A stretch of 64,000 nucleotides of DNA from Camelus ferus (Eukaryota). Shown here in pieces: positions 1 to 12,214 of the stretch. The DNA is taken from assembly GCF_009834535.1 (NCBI RefSeq), contig NC_045696.1, positions 89,778,001 through 89,842,000 on the forward strand. Reading direction: 5' to 3'. Numbering within the stretch: position 1 is the stretch's first letter; each line of letters starts with the position of its first letter. Under the pieces are notes generated by a model. The model was not told the origin of the DNA. It did not search any database and saw only the letters and a program-made list of their open reading frames with translations. A program made the translations under genes and the position numbers.

Positions 1-37
1 CGGGTAGTACAGCACATTGAGGTTTTATAGGATAACA

Positions 38-240
38 GTTAAGAGACTTCCTGTGTTCAAATACCAGAAATTGCCCTTTATAACTATGTGACTTTCAGCA
101 AGTTCCCTGACCTCTCTGTAGCACAATTCCTTATTGGCAAAATGGAAGTCATACATTGTGAGGATTCAGTCAACAAATACACATAAAGATTTTAGAACAC
201 TGCCTGGCACAGTGTGAGCTGTATAAGCATTTGCTGTTGT
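38..240 (+). mobile_element. MIR SINE (degenerate)
   Basis: MIR core and tail motifs: gtgactttcagcaagttccctgacctctctg, aaaatgg, gtgaggatt, tgcctggcacag. Confidence 0.75.
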
Positions 241-1371
241 CCTTAAGCAGTATTTTCTGTCTTTTTTCTCTACTGCATGGCTCTAAAAGCATAGTTGAGT
301 AGATAATATGTGTAAAATGTGTATTATGCTTGTTTCATTTAAGATCATAATAATTGCTTCCCATGCTGTTTTATTGTGTGCATAATTAAAATTGTAATGA
401 CTGCATACTAGTCTATCTAGTACAAGGGTTAACATTAAATTGATTTCACTTTCTCATTGTTATAAATAATGTTGCCATGAATATCTTTAACTAAATATTG
501 TTTTCCTTTATTTGAAATATTAATAAGGTAAAATATGACCAGAAGAGGGAACGCTTTTATATTTCAGAAGTATCTTTCTAAGTGGGATGTATAAAAACGC
601 TGCTACCATTAGCAGCAAGAAAAGAGCTCATCAATGTTATTGTACACATAAAAGACTAGCATGCTGTAATCAAAATAATGTGCATTTTTCTTCCATTTAT
701 CATATTCAAATATTTCCATGTTTCGTTTGATAGTTATGTTTACTTTTTGTGGCTGATGTGATTAAGTATTTTGCACAATCTATTGCAGAGTTTTAATATT
801 TTTTCTTATTACTAATTATATTGTAGGATTGCAAACCTGTAACTCTTGCTGTGTTTGTTGGGAATACCTTCTTTTACTCACCCATTGTTTTTCTTTTTAA
901 GATTTTATTTATATGAGAATATATGTTCTAGACAGTTGGACCTATTTTTGTCATTTACTTATAATATTTCTAAATTTTCTAGAGTCCTGGCAAATGATTT
1001 TATTTTTAAGATTTGATACTGACTAAGTAATGAAACTTATTTTATTGTTCATGAGGTGTCAGTTCGAAGTTGAAAAAGCATTCACCAGTTAGTAATCTAC
1101 AATAATTTACTGAAGAATCTTTCTCTTCCCCATTATATTGGTGGGACCTCTTTTCACAAGATCTTTAATTATCACGTACAATGGGGCTGACTCTGCTAAT
1201 TTCCTCTCTACTAGTGATCTGTCTGTCCTCCTGTAAACGAGACACTGCTTTAATTCTTTTCTTTCAAATACATTTTAACATATTGTAGGAATACAGGCAA
1301 ACAACTCCATTCCAGAAGGGACTTTTAATAGCTTACTTTTAAAAAAAGTATGTGTGTATGTTTTGTTTTGT

Positions 1372-1850
1372 TGTTTATTTCAGTAAAATTTACATACAGT
1401 AAAACTGATGCTTTCTCAGTATATAGTACTATAAATTTGCACCAACTTACATAGTCATATAACCAGTACCATCCTCAAAAGTTCCTTTGTGCCCTTTTGT
1501 AGCCAATTTCTTCCTCCAGCCCCAGGCAATGACTAGTTTGATATTTTTTCCCTATAGTTTTGCCTTTTTCCAGAATGCCATATAAATGGAATCATATATT
1601 AGGTAAACCTTTTGAGTCTGACTTCTTTATCTTAACACAATGCTACTGAGAGTCTTCTGTTTTGTTGTATATACATCATTACTTCATCCCTTTTTATTGA
1701 TGAGTAGTACTCACATTGTATGGATGTATCACAATTTGTTTATCCATTCACCAACTGATGGACATTTGGGCTACTTATAGCTTTTGGCAATTATGAATCA
1801 TGTTGCAACAAACATTTGCATCCTAGGTTTTGTGTAGACAACTGTTCTTT
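1372..1850 (-). mobile_element. Old L1 (L1MC/L1ME-like) 3' region
   Basis: Antisense L1 3' motifs: ccagaatgccatataaatggaatcata, ttatccattcaccaactgatggacatttggg. More diverged L1-like sequence probably extends over ~300-2190. Confidence 0.75.
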
Positions 1851-2199
1851 CTCCAGTTGAATTTTCAAAAATACATTGTTCAGTTCTAATAAGAATCCTA
1901 TCAGGAATTTGATTGGGATTATATTATATCTATATATCTAAATCAATCTCCCTCTCTCTCTATCTCTCTTTTTATATATATATTTAAGAGTGAGGAAAAG
2001 GATATTTTTTGGCAGTTAGTCTTCTCAGCCAGGAAAATAAATCATTTATAGCTCTTACATTTCTCAAAGTCTTATTTTATTGTGTGTGTACATGTAATTT
2101 TCTTCAAACAGGATACACATTTTTAACCTAGTATAATTCTGTTGCCCATGTGAACAAGATGTTTTTAAATGATACTTTCAAATAGTTATTGCCATTACT

Positions 2200-2315
2200 A
2201 CTACTTTTAAAGTGAGGAAATGGAAGCTCAGAGAAATGAGGAAATTTCACAATGTCACACAGCTAATAAATGGCAGTACTATAATTCAATCCAGGTTGCT
2301 TTTTCCATCATACCA
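2200..2315 (-). mobile_element. MIR fragment
   Basis: gaggaaatggaagctcagaga...gtcacacagctaataaatggcag, the reverse MIR core. Confidence 0.7.
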
Positions 2316-2331
2316 TGTTCCATTATAACTC

Positions 2332-2947
2332 TGTTGACAAAAATAATCAATAAAAAATCTATAATAGGAACAGAAAAGAGTTTTATTTGAGCCAAACTGA
2401 GGACTATAGCCCAGGAGACACAGATTCAAGAAGCACTTGAACTGGGTTCTGCCAGACTACAAAATGGGGTAGTCTGCAAAATTATATAAGTTGTCTGTTG
2501 AGAATTATAATTGGAGCTAGCAAGACTAAAGGTCTTATTAAGCAAGGATTGGTTGAGGTACAAAATGGTTGCAAAGTTGCAAGAGGGGACCTTGAGAGGG
2601 TAAGGCTACAGCTGGCAGCTGCCAGCAGATACTGTTTTGAGAATGGTTGGTGTTGTCCTTGAATCTGATACATTTCAGAAAATTCAATTTCTCAGGGATG
2701 CAGGAACATGTCTAAAGCCACATCCACAACCCACAACCCCCACCCAGATCCATTTTTGATGCCTGAACCACAGTTACTCCAATTTGATTTTTAAATGCAT
2801 TCTTTTCTTTAATGGTTAAAGCAAATGTACAATGCATGTTTGATAGGCCACAAAGCAGACTGTTCCAGTTAGCATAAGGTTTAAGTTAAATCATGGATAA
2901 GTCAGGATGACTTCCCTATACCTCAATTTTGAAAATTTCTGTCATCA
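2332..2947 (-). mobile_element. ERV1-class solo LTR (~616 bp)
   Basis: TG...CA termini (tgttgac...gtcatca). Minus-strand AATAAA at ~2382-2387, near the 3' end. Near-identical 4-bp flanks actc (2328-2331) / cctc (2948-2951). The string gttttatttgagccaaactgaggactatagcccagga is typical of MER41-like LTRs. Confidence 0.7.
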
Positions 2948-4429
2948 CCTCAAGACACGTGGGATTCAAAGTTCCCCCTTTCACCTTCTTATTTGTGTTT
3001 TATGTATGTAATAATTTATATTTTCATATTTTGATTTAACAGTGAATGTTTTTCTAATAATACTGGCTCCCAGAGGTCACAAAGTTTTAAAATTAGTCTT
3101 TTTTACAAATGGATAGAGTTGTAAATAATTCTGTATTCTTTAATAAAAGTGCTCAGTATTTCTGTACGGACTGATGGTACATATTCAACATGCAATGATT
3201 GCAGCCAATTTAAAATTAATTTATTTTATTATTTAAGTTCATTTTTCTTTAGAATATCACAGTTTTTTAACCTTCCTGAACCTGTTTCCTCACATGTAAA
3301 ATGAAGAGACTGGATTAAATCTGTGCTTGCCTACCTAGTGACACAAATACTTTTAATGGGTACTTTATAAAAATGAATATCAAGGTCAAATCAGTCTGTG
3401 AATCGTTGCATAGAATACAGGATTTTAGCACGTGGGTTCATGACTATCCTTCAGTAAAAAGATCTGCTATTTATCCCAGGATTTCCCAAATTAACTTATA
3501 TCTGCTTATTTATATTCTCTTTTTGTGAACACATATGGTACTATCATCTGGGGGCATATATGCCTTGATGGCCAAACTTTGGGAAATGATGGATCAGAAT
3601 TTTTCTAGTTCTAAAATTTCTACAATGTTATAAAGAAATTGCAGGATTTAAGAATTATATTGTCATACAAAACAACACATATTCCAATAGGACAGAATCA
3701 TCAAATCGAGTGTACGCTGATAAAACTAAGAATAAATTTAAAAAGTGACATAGAATCTGACAAATAAACCAAATTTAGCAAAATCAACTCGTACTGATGG
3801 GTGGAGAAACCAAACACTTCACACTAAGCAGCCACACTTGGAACATCAAGGTCACATTGACGGGAAGCTTCTTACATAAACATGACAACAAGGAAAGTGA
3901 TGACTAAAAGCATAAGTTATTCACTATAGTCTTAGGAGACATGAGAGAACTGCACAGATTGGATTAAACTGTTACAAGCTCACAAGTTCTCTTTACAAGT
4001 GACTTAAAATGATCACTATGGTTCCACATACCACAATAACTCATCGAGATGTCAGACAACTGTGCTAGAAAGTCAATTTATTTAATTGTGAAGTCAGGCG
4101 TTTAAAGTAAGAAGTTTCCTTAGCTCAATTGGCAAGACTTCTTACAACAAAACCAATTTGATAACTTTTTCCCTTTCCATAAGTTTTCTATTGTTCAGAC
4201 ATTGCTCTATATAAAATTACACATAACTATTTCTAATTAGGTATTCCTACTTTTAAAATTTTAGTTTCAAACATTAATTTTAAAAAGGTAATTGTGTTAT
4301 TTATTCATGAAAGTTAAGATTGGGCCAGTTCTTAAAAAAAAGTCTTATATGACAAAACGTGGTGAATTTATGTGTCATTTCTGGTTTGTGTCATTTCTGG
4401 TTCTAAATACCAAAATTGTAAATGTGCAT

Positions 4430-4940
4430 ATATTATTTGATCCCTCTATTCCACTTTGAGGAATTTTTCTTAAAGAGATCATCCTATAAGTGGGCTGAAA
4501 TGAATGTACAGGGATGGTCACTATAGCACTGTGGCACTTTTTTTTAATAGAGGGAAAACTGGAAACAAATAAATGGCTTTTAAAGAGTTTATTAAATTGT
4601 ATTAACATTTATACAATAAGATGTGATAAACCCATTTAAATATAAAGAAACTGTTCTTTGACATGGGAAAATTTTTATGGCATATTGCATATTTTTCAAA
4701 GAAAAATGAGACTACAAAAAGCATGTACAGTGTGATCTTATTTAGATCATATTAGATAAGTATGTGAGTGTCTGTGTGCATGCCCAAATAGGGCGACAGG
4801 CAGAGTGATGGAGAGATACATAAAAGTTTGGAAGGAACTTCATCAAAATATTAATAGGGGGTTATGTATTAACTGGAAGATGAGATTTTTGGTGATTTTC
4901 ACTTTTCTTACTTTATATTATTCATTCATTATTTAAAGTT
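4430..4940 (+). mobile_element. Old L1ME-like 3' fragment
   Basis: tttgatccctctattccactttgaggaattt...aaactggaaacaaataaatg resembles the L1 ORF2 end / 3'UTR. Confidence 0.55.
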
Positions 4941-5369
4941 ATTTTTCATTTGAGGGAAATAAAAGACGAAGAAGAGGTGCCAACAAAGGAGACCCAGAAG
5001 AAATGGTTGAAAAAATATTAGAAAAATCTGGAGAAATATTAATACGGTAATTAATCAAGAAGAGAAAATTAAGGAGGATGTACTTGGGGCCATGGCTGAA
5101 TAGATGACTGCTATTTCACTAGAAGTTGTAATGCTCATTACTTCTTGTTTTATGTGTCAACTAATAAAAACCCTATTCCTCTGTCAACCTCAAGTTCAAA
5201 TCCTATCTCTTCCTTAAACAGCTGACTGACCATGCAACCCATCCATTAGAGGGCTCTTCTTTGAAATTAAGGCCAAAATATTCTGTTTCATTAACATCCA
5301 ATAATCACGTACCTCCTTGAATTGCCTTCACGAGTTATCATCTGTCACCTAAACAATACATCATTAAAA

Positions 5370-5585
5370 TAGTTACCACTTCTGGAGGGCTCTCCTTTTT
5401 CCAGGCACCTTTTCAGTGCTTTAGAGACTTTTCATTCTTACTACAATCTGATAAGATCAAATTTATCATCCCATTTTTATAGATTAGGAAACTAAGGACT
5501 CAGAAAACCTTGTCGAGGTCACAGTACCAGAGCTGGAATTCAAACTTATTAAGATTCCAAAGCTCATGTTTTTAACAGCTGCACA
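5370..5585 (-). mobile_element. MIR SINE
   Basis: atcatcccatttttatagattaggaaactaagg...ggtcacag...ctggaattcaaac. Confidence 0.7.
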
Positions 5586-6547
5586 ATACCGTATTTGCAT
5601 GTATCTGCTATTTTTCCCAATTAGACTGTAATCTTCTTGAAGATATATCTCTGTAGTGTTCCTTGTTCCTAACCAAGTCACAGTCAGATGTTTATTACTT
5701 ATTATGATATAATTATTTTTGAAAGGAAAATTTTTTTCTAAAAACCTTTTTCTATAAAAAATCTCTCAAAAATTATGTGACACTGTACATGATATGAAAA
5801 TGCATGAGGAAAAACAATTAGCTCAATTATTAATCAATTGTCATATTTCAACTTTTGTTAAAGTTAACTGTTCATTTTATTCAAGTCAGTAAATGCCTGC
5901 TCATTGGTACATTCAATAACTCAACCTTTTCATAAATGAATTTCATTCACCCTCAATTTCACAATGAGGACTCAGACTTAGTCAACTCTATTCATGCCAA
6001 CATCTACCATCAGATCTTGCTTAAACCAACAATGATTATCCTTTACAGCATTAAGCATAAAAGCAAGATGCCTTAGAATTAGCCTGATAATTTTAGTTCC
6101 TGCTGTGGCCTTGGATAATGTTTAATCACTAGCTCTAACACAAAATCTTATTTCAAAGTATGGAAACATTTATTGCAACTCAAAGGAAATATGGCCTTGG
6201 CTTTGCCTTAGCTAATATTTATTCCCCAAGGTAAATACATTTTAGTATTTACCTGACCAGAACTCAAGATCTATTTACTATAAGTCTAGGACATCTCATT
6301 TAGTTCCACACCAGATATTCTTATCCAGTGAATATTATACAGTGAATAACATAACAATTCAATCAAAATTGTTAAAATGCTTTCCACTTCCAAAATCTTA
6401 ACTCTGGGTCAAAATGAATGGTTTCTCTCTGTGTCTCTCTCTCTCTGTCACACAATCTCACAACACATCAAACATACAAAACACAAACACATCAAGCAAG
6501 GAGCGTAGAAAAAGGACATCAAAATGTGCATTTAGTGTTTGTTTCTC

Positions 6548-7691
6548 CAAATGGGACCTACTTAAACTTATAAGCTTTTGCACAGCAGAGGAAACCGTAA
6601 GAAAATCAAAACAACACAACAACCTACGGAATGGGAGAAAGTACTTGCAAAAGATGAGACAGACAAGGATTAATCTCCAGAATTTATAAACAGCTCATAC
6701 AACTTAATAAGAAAAAAACAAACAATCCAATCCAAAAATGGACAGAAGACCTAAACAAGCAATTCTCCAATGAAGACATATGAATGGCCAATAGGCACAT
6801 GAAAAAAAAAGTTCACTATTGCTAATTGTCAGAGAAATGCAAATCAAAACTACAATGAGGCATCACCTCACATCAGTCAAAATGGCCATCATTCAAAAGC
6901 CCACGAACGATAAATGTTGGAGAGGGTGTGGAGAAAAAGGAACCCTCCAACATTGTTGGTGGGAATGCAGTTTGGTGCAGGTGTTATGGAAAACGGTATG
7001 GAGATTCCTCAAAAAACTAAAAATAGACTTACCATATGATCCAGGAATCCTGTTCTGGGCATATATCCAGAGGGAACCTTAGTTCAAAAAGACACATGCA
7101 CCCCAATGTTCCTAGCAGCACTATTTACAATAGCTAAGACATGGAAACAACCTAAATGTCCATCGACAGATGACTGGCTAAAAAGTTGTGATATACTTAT
7201 ACAATGGAATACTACTCAGCCATAAAAGAGAATAAAATAATTACATTTGCAGCAACATGGGTGAATCTGGAGATTGTTATTCTAAGTGAAGTAAGCCAGA
7301 AAGAGAAAGAAAAATACCATATGATATCACTTATATGTGGAATCTAAAAAAAAAAAAAAAAAAGGACAAACGACTTTATTTACAAAACAGAAATAGACTC
7401 ACAGACATAAAAAACAAACTTAAACTTATGGTTGGCAGGGTGGGAAGGGGGTGGGAAGGGATAAATTGGGAGTTTGAGATTTTCAGATATTAATATATAT
7501 AAAATAGCTAAACAACAAGTTTATACTGTATAGCATAAGGAACTATATTCAATATCTTCTAGTAATGAAACCTATAATGAAAAATAATATGAAAAGGAAC
7601 ATATGTATGTATATATATGACTGAACTATTATGCTGTACACAGAAATTGACACAGCATTGTTAACTGATGATACTTCAATTAAAAAAAAAA
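6548..7691 (+). mobile_element. 5'-truncated L1 (ORF2 C-terminus, 3'UTR, poly-A), cetartiodactyl/camelid-type
   Basis: ORF track 6819-7082 gives [14 protein letters not shown]...[36 protein letters not shown], the L1 ORF2 cysteine-rich C-terminus. G-rich 3'UTR, A-tail 7682-7691, left TSD agtgtttgtttctc at 6534-6547. Confidence 0.95.
6819..7082 (+). pseudogene. L1 ORF2 remnant (C-terminal cysteine-rich region), frameshifted
   Basis: Recognisable L1 ORF2p peptide. The reading frame is broken upstream and downstream. Confidence 0.9.
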
Positions 7692-8038
7692 GATATCACT
7701 CATATGTGGAATCTTAGAAATAAAGGACACTATGAACTCATCTACAAAACAGAAACAGACTCACAGACATAGTAAACAATCTTATGGTTACTGGGGAAAG
7801 GGGATGGGAAGGGATAAATTTGGGAGTTTGAGATTTGCAAATGTTAGCCACTATATATAAAAATAGATTAGAAAAATACAGTTTCTCCTGTATAGCACGG
7901 AGAACTATATTCAATATCTTGTAATAACCTTTAATGAAAAATAATATGAAAATGAATATATGTATGTATATGCACGACTGGGACATTGTGCTATACACCA
8001 GAAATTGACACATTGTAACTGAATGTACAATTAATAAA
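7692..8038 (+). mobile_element. Second L1 3'UTR copy, different subfamily, directly after the first A-tail
   Basis: Restarts at gatatcactcatatgtggaatct and repeats the 3'UTR with different diagnostic bases. Right TSD agtgtttgtttctc at 8039-8052. Confidence 0.92.
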
Positions 8039-9179
8039 AGTGTTTGTTTCTCTATTGCACACTTCTTTTTGTTCAGATTTCAGTTTGATCTCTGATCAGA
8101 GAAACAGGAGTGTTTCTTTGCAGAGCAGCAGTAGAATACTTTGCTTCCTGACAGTGAGCAAAACTTTACACTTAGAAGAATCATTGTCCTGACAACATGC
8201 TTTATTTCTAGGGGGAGGAAGGCAGGCTCCCTGGACTTAGGCTCTATGGGCTGGGAGAACGGACGGTGGCCGCCTTCATGCAGGAAGAAAGGCTGTCGTA
8301 TTTTGCTTTAGGCAGTGTTCTTTTAGACATGAGAAAGAGATCCAAGCCCTTATACCATCCCTGGAAAAGTGTATTTCTAGTGAATGGTTTGCAATTCTTA
8401 CACTAGTATTTATCATATGCATATCCTAGTATTAAATGCTTAAGAGAAAAAAGCAACACCACGGAGCAGGTTAGCTGTGAGCTGCTCTAACGTATGAACA
8501 TGCAGCAAAGCAAACAGATGAGTTTGGATAAATGAAAATCAATACACTCGAAAGGCCTCTTTCATTCAATTGATTCAAGCTCAGTGGGTAATAGTACAGT
8601 ACAATGTGAAATGGTGTTAATGTGGCCCTGGCATAAATCCCATTTACAGGAAATACAGTAACTAAAGTGGATAAAAGCATGAGGGGATTTAATGAACCAT
8701 AATGAACTCTTTACCATGGACCTTTATAAATGTTTTTAATACAGTCTTATCACCATACCATTTGAACTTGCAGTGAGGCCAGATAACCCTTTGTGGCATG
8801 TATGTTATTTTTCAAAATCAAAGAAGTCAGAATAACTAAGTGTTATTCCGGTCTTTAGAGTTAAGGAACACTGCTGTAGATGGAAGGATCTTATTTACAG
8901 AAGAGGAAATGAAAGTCACCAGAGGCATCACTTACTGCTCAGGGTCACACAGCAACTGGGTGACCAACAACTCACTAGAAGACGGGCAATTCGCAGTGCA
9001 GTGCGCTTTTCCTCTACAAGGAAATTTCCTCTACAGTGTGCAGACAGTTGCCAACACCTGGGGAGGTTGTGAGTGGGAACAGAGGCCACAGAAGAGTCCA
9101 ACCAGCTGGTTCCTAGATCAGATTCTCTCACTACAACTAAAATTTTTTGGAGTTCTGATAAAGGAAAAGAAAAAAAATT

Positions 9180-9500
9180 TTTTTTGACCTAGTAAGTCCA
9201 TTTCTGGGAATCCATCTTCAAAAATAGTCTCATATGTGTACAAGCATAGATTTAAGTGAGGATGCTCATTCTGGTATGTTTATAATAGCAAAATTTATAA
9301 ACATAAATGACCACCCATGAGGTGGGGGCAGTTAAATGACTACAGCACATCCATACAATAGATTATTATGAAACTGTTAATAAATATGAGGAAGATTGAG
9401 ACATAAAGTTATGGGAAGATGTCCAGGATGCATTTTTATGTATGAACAGCCAGATACATTTATAAAATAGTATAATATATAGAATGATGCTATTTATATT
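9180..9500 (+). mobile_element. Old L1ME-like fragment
   Basis: tttgacctagtaagtccatttctgggaatc...gtttataatagcaaaa...catccatacaatagattattat. Confidence 0.6.
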
Positions 9501-9707
9501 GAGAACTAAAAACTATTCTATAGGTATCTGATATGTCTCTCACTCTATTCTCATCTTCCTACCACATCATGCTTCTGGATATGGGGACAAGAGAAGATTT
9601 TGAGGAAGAAAGCAATTGAGTGTGAACTTATAAGAATGCAAAAATGTATTTTAGTAGCGTTATTCTTTCTGTAAAAATGATACCTCATTGTAATATAACA
9701 TGACTTG

Positions 9708-9940
9708 TAAGTATGGTCTTTGGAGTCAGAAACACAGAGGTTTGAATTCTAACTCTGTTTGTGATTAGCGGTGTGACCCTGGGACTATCTCTTCACCCCA
9801 CAACCCTCACTTTACTCTTTTATAATACAGCGATGATGATAATCTCCTCAAAGGTTGGATGTAAGAACTAAATGAATTATTCTATGTAAAACACCAGGCG
9901 CAGTGCCTGGCAAATAACCCTCAACAAATGGTAACTTCTG
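9708..9940 (+). mobile_element. MIR SINE
   Basis: ctttggagtcaga...ggtttgaattct...gtgtgaccctggg...cagtgcctggca...ctcaacaaatggtaac. Confidence 0.8.
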
Positions 9941-10399
9941 TAACTGTGGTTGTATTTATAAAAATTCAAATTAAGTAGAAAAGTACTAGGAAGAAAGTAC
10001 AGGTTCAACCACCTAGTTTACCTCCGTTTACCTCTGAAAAAGCATTTATAAACTGGTATATAACCTACTTTCTTGACTGATAATATTCTGTAGACTTTTC
10101 CCTATGTCTGTATAATAAAATGATATCTATATCATTTTAACAGCAGAACAGTATTCCACTGAAAAACCGCATGGACTATAATTTACTAAATCAGCCCCTC
10201 ATTGGTGGACATTAGAGTTGGCTTTAATTTTCCTTATCATAGACTTGACTACAATGAACATCCTTGTGGAAACATTTTCTCACACTTGTGCAAGGATGTG
10301 GAGGAGGGGAATTTTAATGGGTGGGAAATGTCTGAGTGAGATGGTATTCCTCTCAGAGAAAACAATATGAGGTAGAGTTGAGGGGAAGAAAAGCTCCCA

Positions 10400-10660
10400 A
10401 GGGAACAATGAAAAGTTTACTTTCAGTCCATATCGTGGAGTTTGGCATTTCTTTTATGTGTTGGAGAGTCCCTGAAGGCAGTAACAGAATCAGAGCCAGG
10501 TTTTAGAACGGGTAATCTGGAGGCTGTGGGGAGACTGGATGCAAGGAGGGAAAGAGGGAAGGAATGAGCCATTAGGAGGGTGTGGCTGCAGAGCAGGGGT
10601 GAGTTACTGAGCGCTCAACAAGGGTGATGGCAGTGGAAAAGGAGAGGGACAGGGTCCAGG
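10400..10660 (-). mobile_element. L2 fragment
   Basis: ggagtttggcatttc...gagactggatgcaaggagg...ccattaggagg...tggcagtgga pattern of antisense L2. Confidence 0.5.
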
Positions 10661-11847
10661 GACCCTGCAGATGCACGAGTGGCAGGAGGGCTTTGCAACA
10701 CTGCGGGTATCAGACGGGGAGGGCGGCAGGCCAGGCTGTGCGCCCCAGGCTGCAGGCTGTGCGTCTGCATCGCCCCAGGGGCCCGGGGACGGCTGGCAGG
10801 CTGCTTCCCAGAGTGCCCTGCTAACAGTGGTACCGCTGGTGCTGAAACTTCACATGGTTTTTTATTGCTCTTTATGTTGATCTGCATACAACGACCGTCT
10901 GTGATCTTTATTTGGAAAATAGTTAGATACGCTTTTTCTATAAATATTTAAACAACAGAAAATAAAAGGGTTAATAAAAGGATTAAAATAAAATCCTAGT
11001 AAAATATAAAGTAAAAGGACCCCCCCCCCCAATTTCCCATCAGAATCTTCAAATTATTAGCTTAAGAGCTTGGTGTATATATATTTCTGGACACTTTCCC
11101 AATATATATATGTTATTTTTATGAATATGGAATCCTTCTAAATATCCACTACTTGCTACTTTTTTATTCAAGCTCTTTCTTTTCAGTGGCTGCAATGTAT
11201 TCCATAGGGTGGGCTTGGGCGACCAGGAGAACGGTAGCATTCTCAGCAGAGGTGAAGCCGTGGGCAAAAGAGGCCATAGTGGAGGGAAGAAGAGCAGTTA
11301 GTGGCTGATATAATGAGTCTGAGTCCACAGGTGGGTAACTGGAAATGAAGACATGAAGAAGTCAGAGAAAGAGAGAGACAGTTTTAAGAGACAGGTACAC
11401 AGATTGAGTGGTTGAAGGCAAAGAGGGAATTCCAGTTATGAAGGTAAGTTTGCTGACCAAGAATCAAGTAGTATTTATGGACCCTCATGATGTGCCCAGC
11501 AGAGTGCTGACCTCTGACGCCAGGGATCAGTGCCTCCGAGTCAGAATTGTTGGCCTGGAACTCTGCTGTTCCCAGATGCTATATAGCCCTCAAGTTCCAT
11601 GAACTTCCTAAAATCGGTCAAATTACAAAATGTCCATGAAATTCATGTTATTAACACGGAGTCCCTTCACGCTCTGTGGAATAATGTCCTGCAAGTTACT
11701 TTTACAACATGGCAGAAGAACGCTACAGATTTTCTCTCTAGTCCAGACTAGTGTGCATGAAAAACCCTTCCCAATTAGTCTCAGCCAAACTTCCCAATCT
11801 AATCTCCAGACACTTTGCCCCATAAACCTTGCTCATAACTCCCCAAA

Positions 11848-11959
11848 TGTAGTGACCAACCATCTCAGTTTTTCCAGGACTGAGGGGGTCCTGGGATGTG
11901 GGACTTCTGTTCTGAAATAGCTGTAGTCTTGGGCAAACTGGGACAAATTAATCACCCTA
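11848..11959 (-). mobile_element. MER81-like hAT-Blackjack MITE
   Basis: Degenerate TIRs (gtgaccaacc ... aatcacccta), internal ggactgagggg...gggatgtgggactt...gggcaaactgggac, length ~112 bp. Confidence 0.75.
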
Positions 11960-12214
11960 CCAAATACAACAGGACTTTTGTGCCCTCTGTTACCTTGCAT
12001 GAACTGTTTCCTTTGTCTGGACTGTCCTTTGAGTTCTTCTCTACCAGGTGAACATCTATTAATTCTCCACAATCCATCCTAATCCCCCTTGAGGCTGCTT
12101 TTGCTCAGCTTTCCCAGGTGGAGTTATTTGATCCCTTTCTTTGAAAATTTGTTGGTTATCTCCATATCTGTATCTCACTAATGTATCTTGATTTTCCTTT
12201 GGGGACTTAACCTT

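Noticed and set aside
4032..4064. 33-nt minus exon candidate (QLSDISMSYC)
   Set aside because: Short polypyrimidine tract and no supporting context. AG...GT pairs like this are expected by chance.
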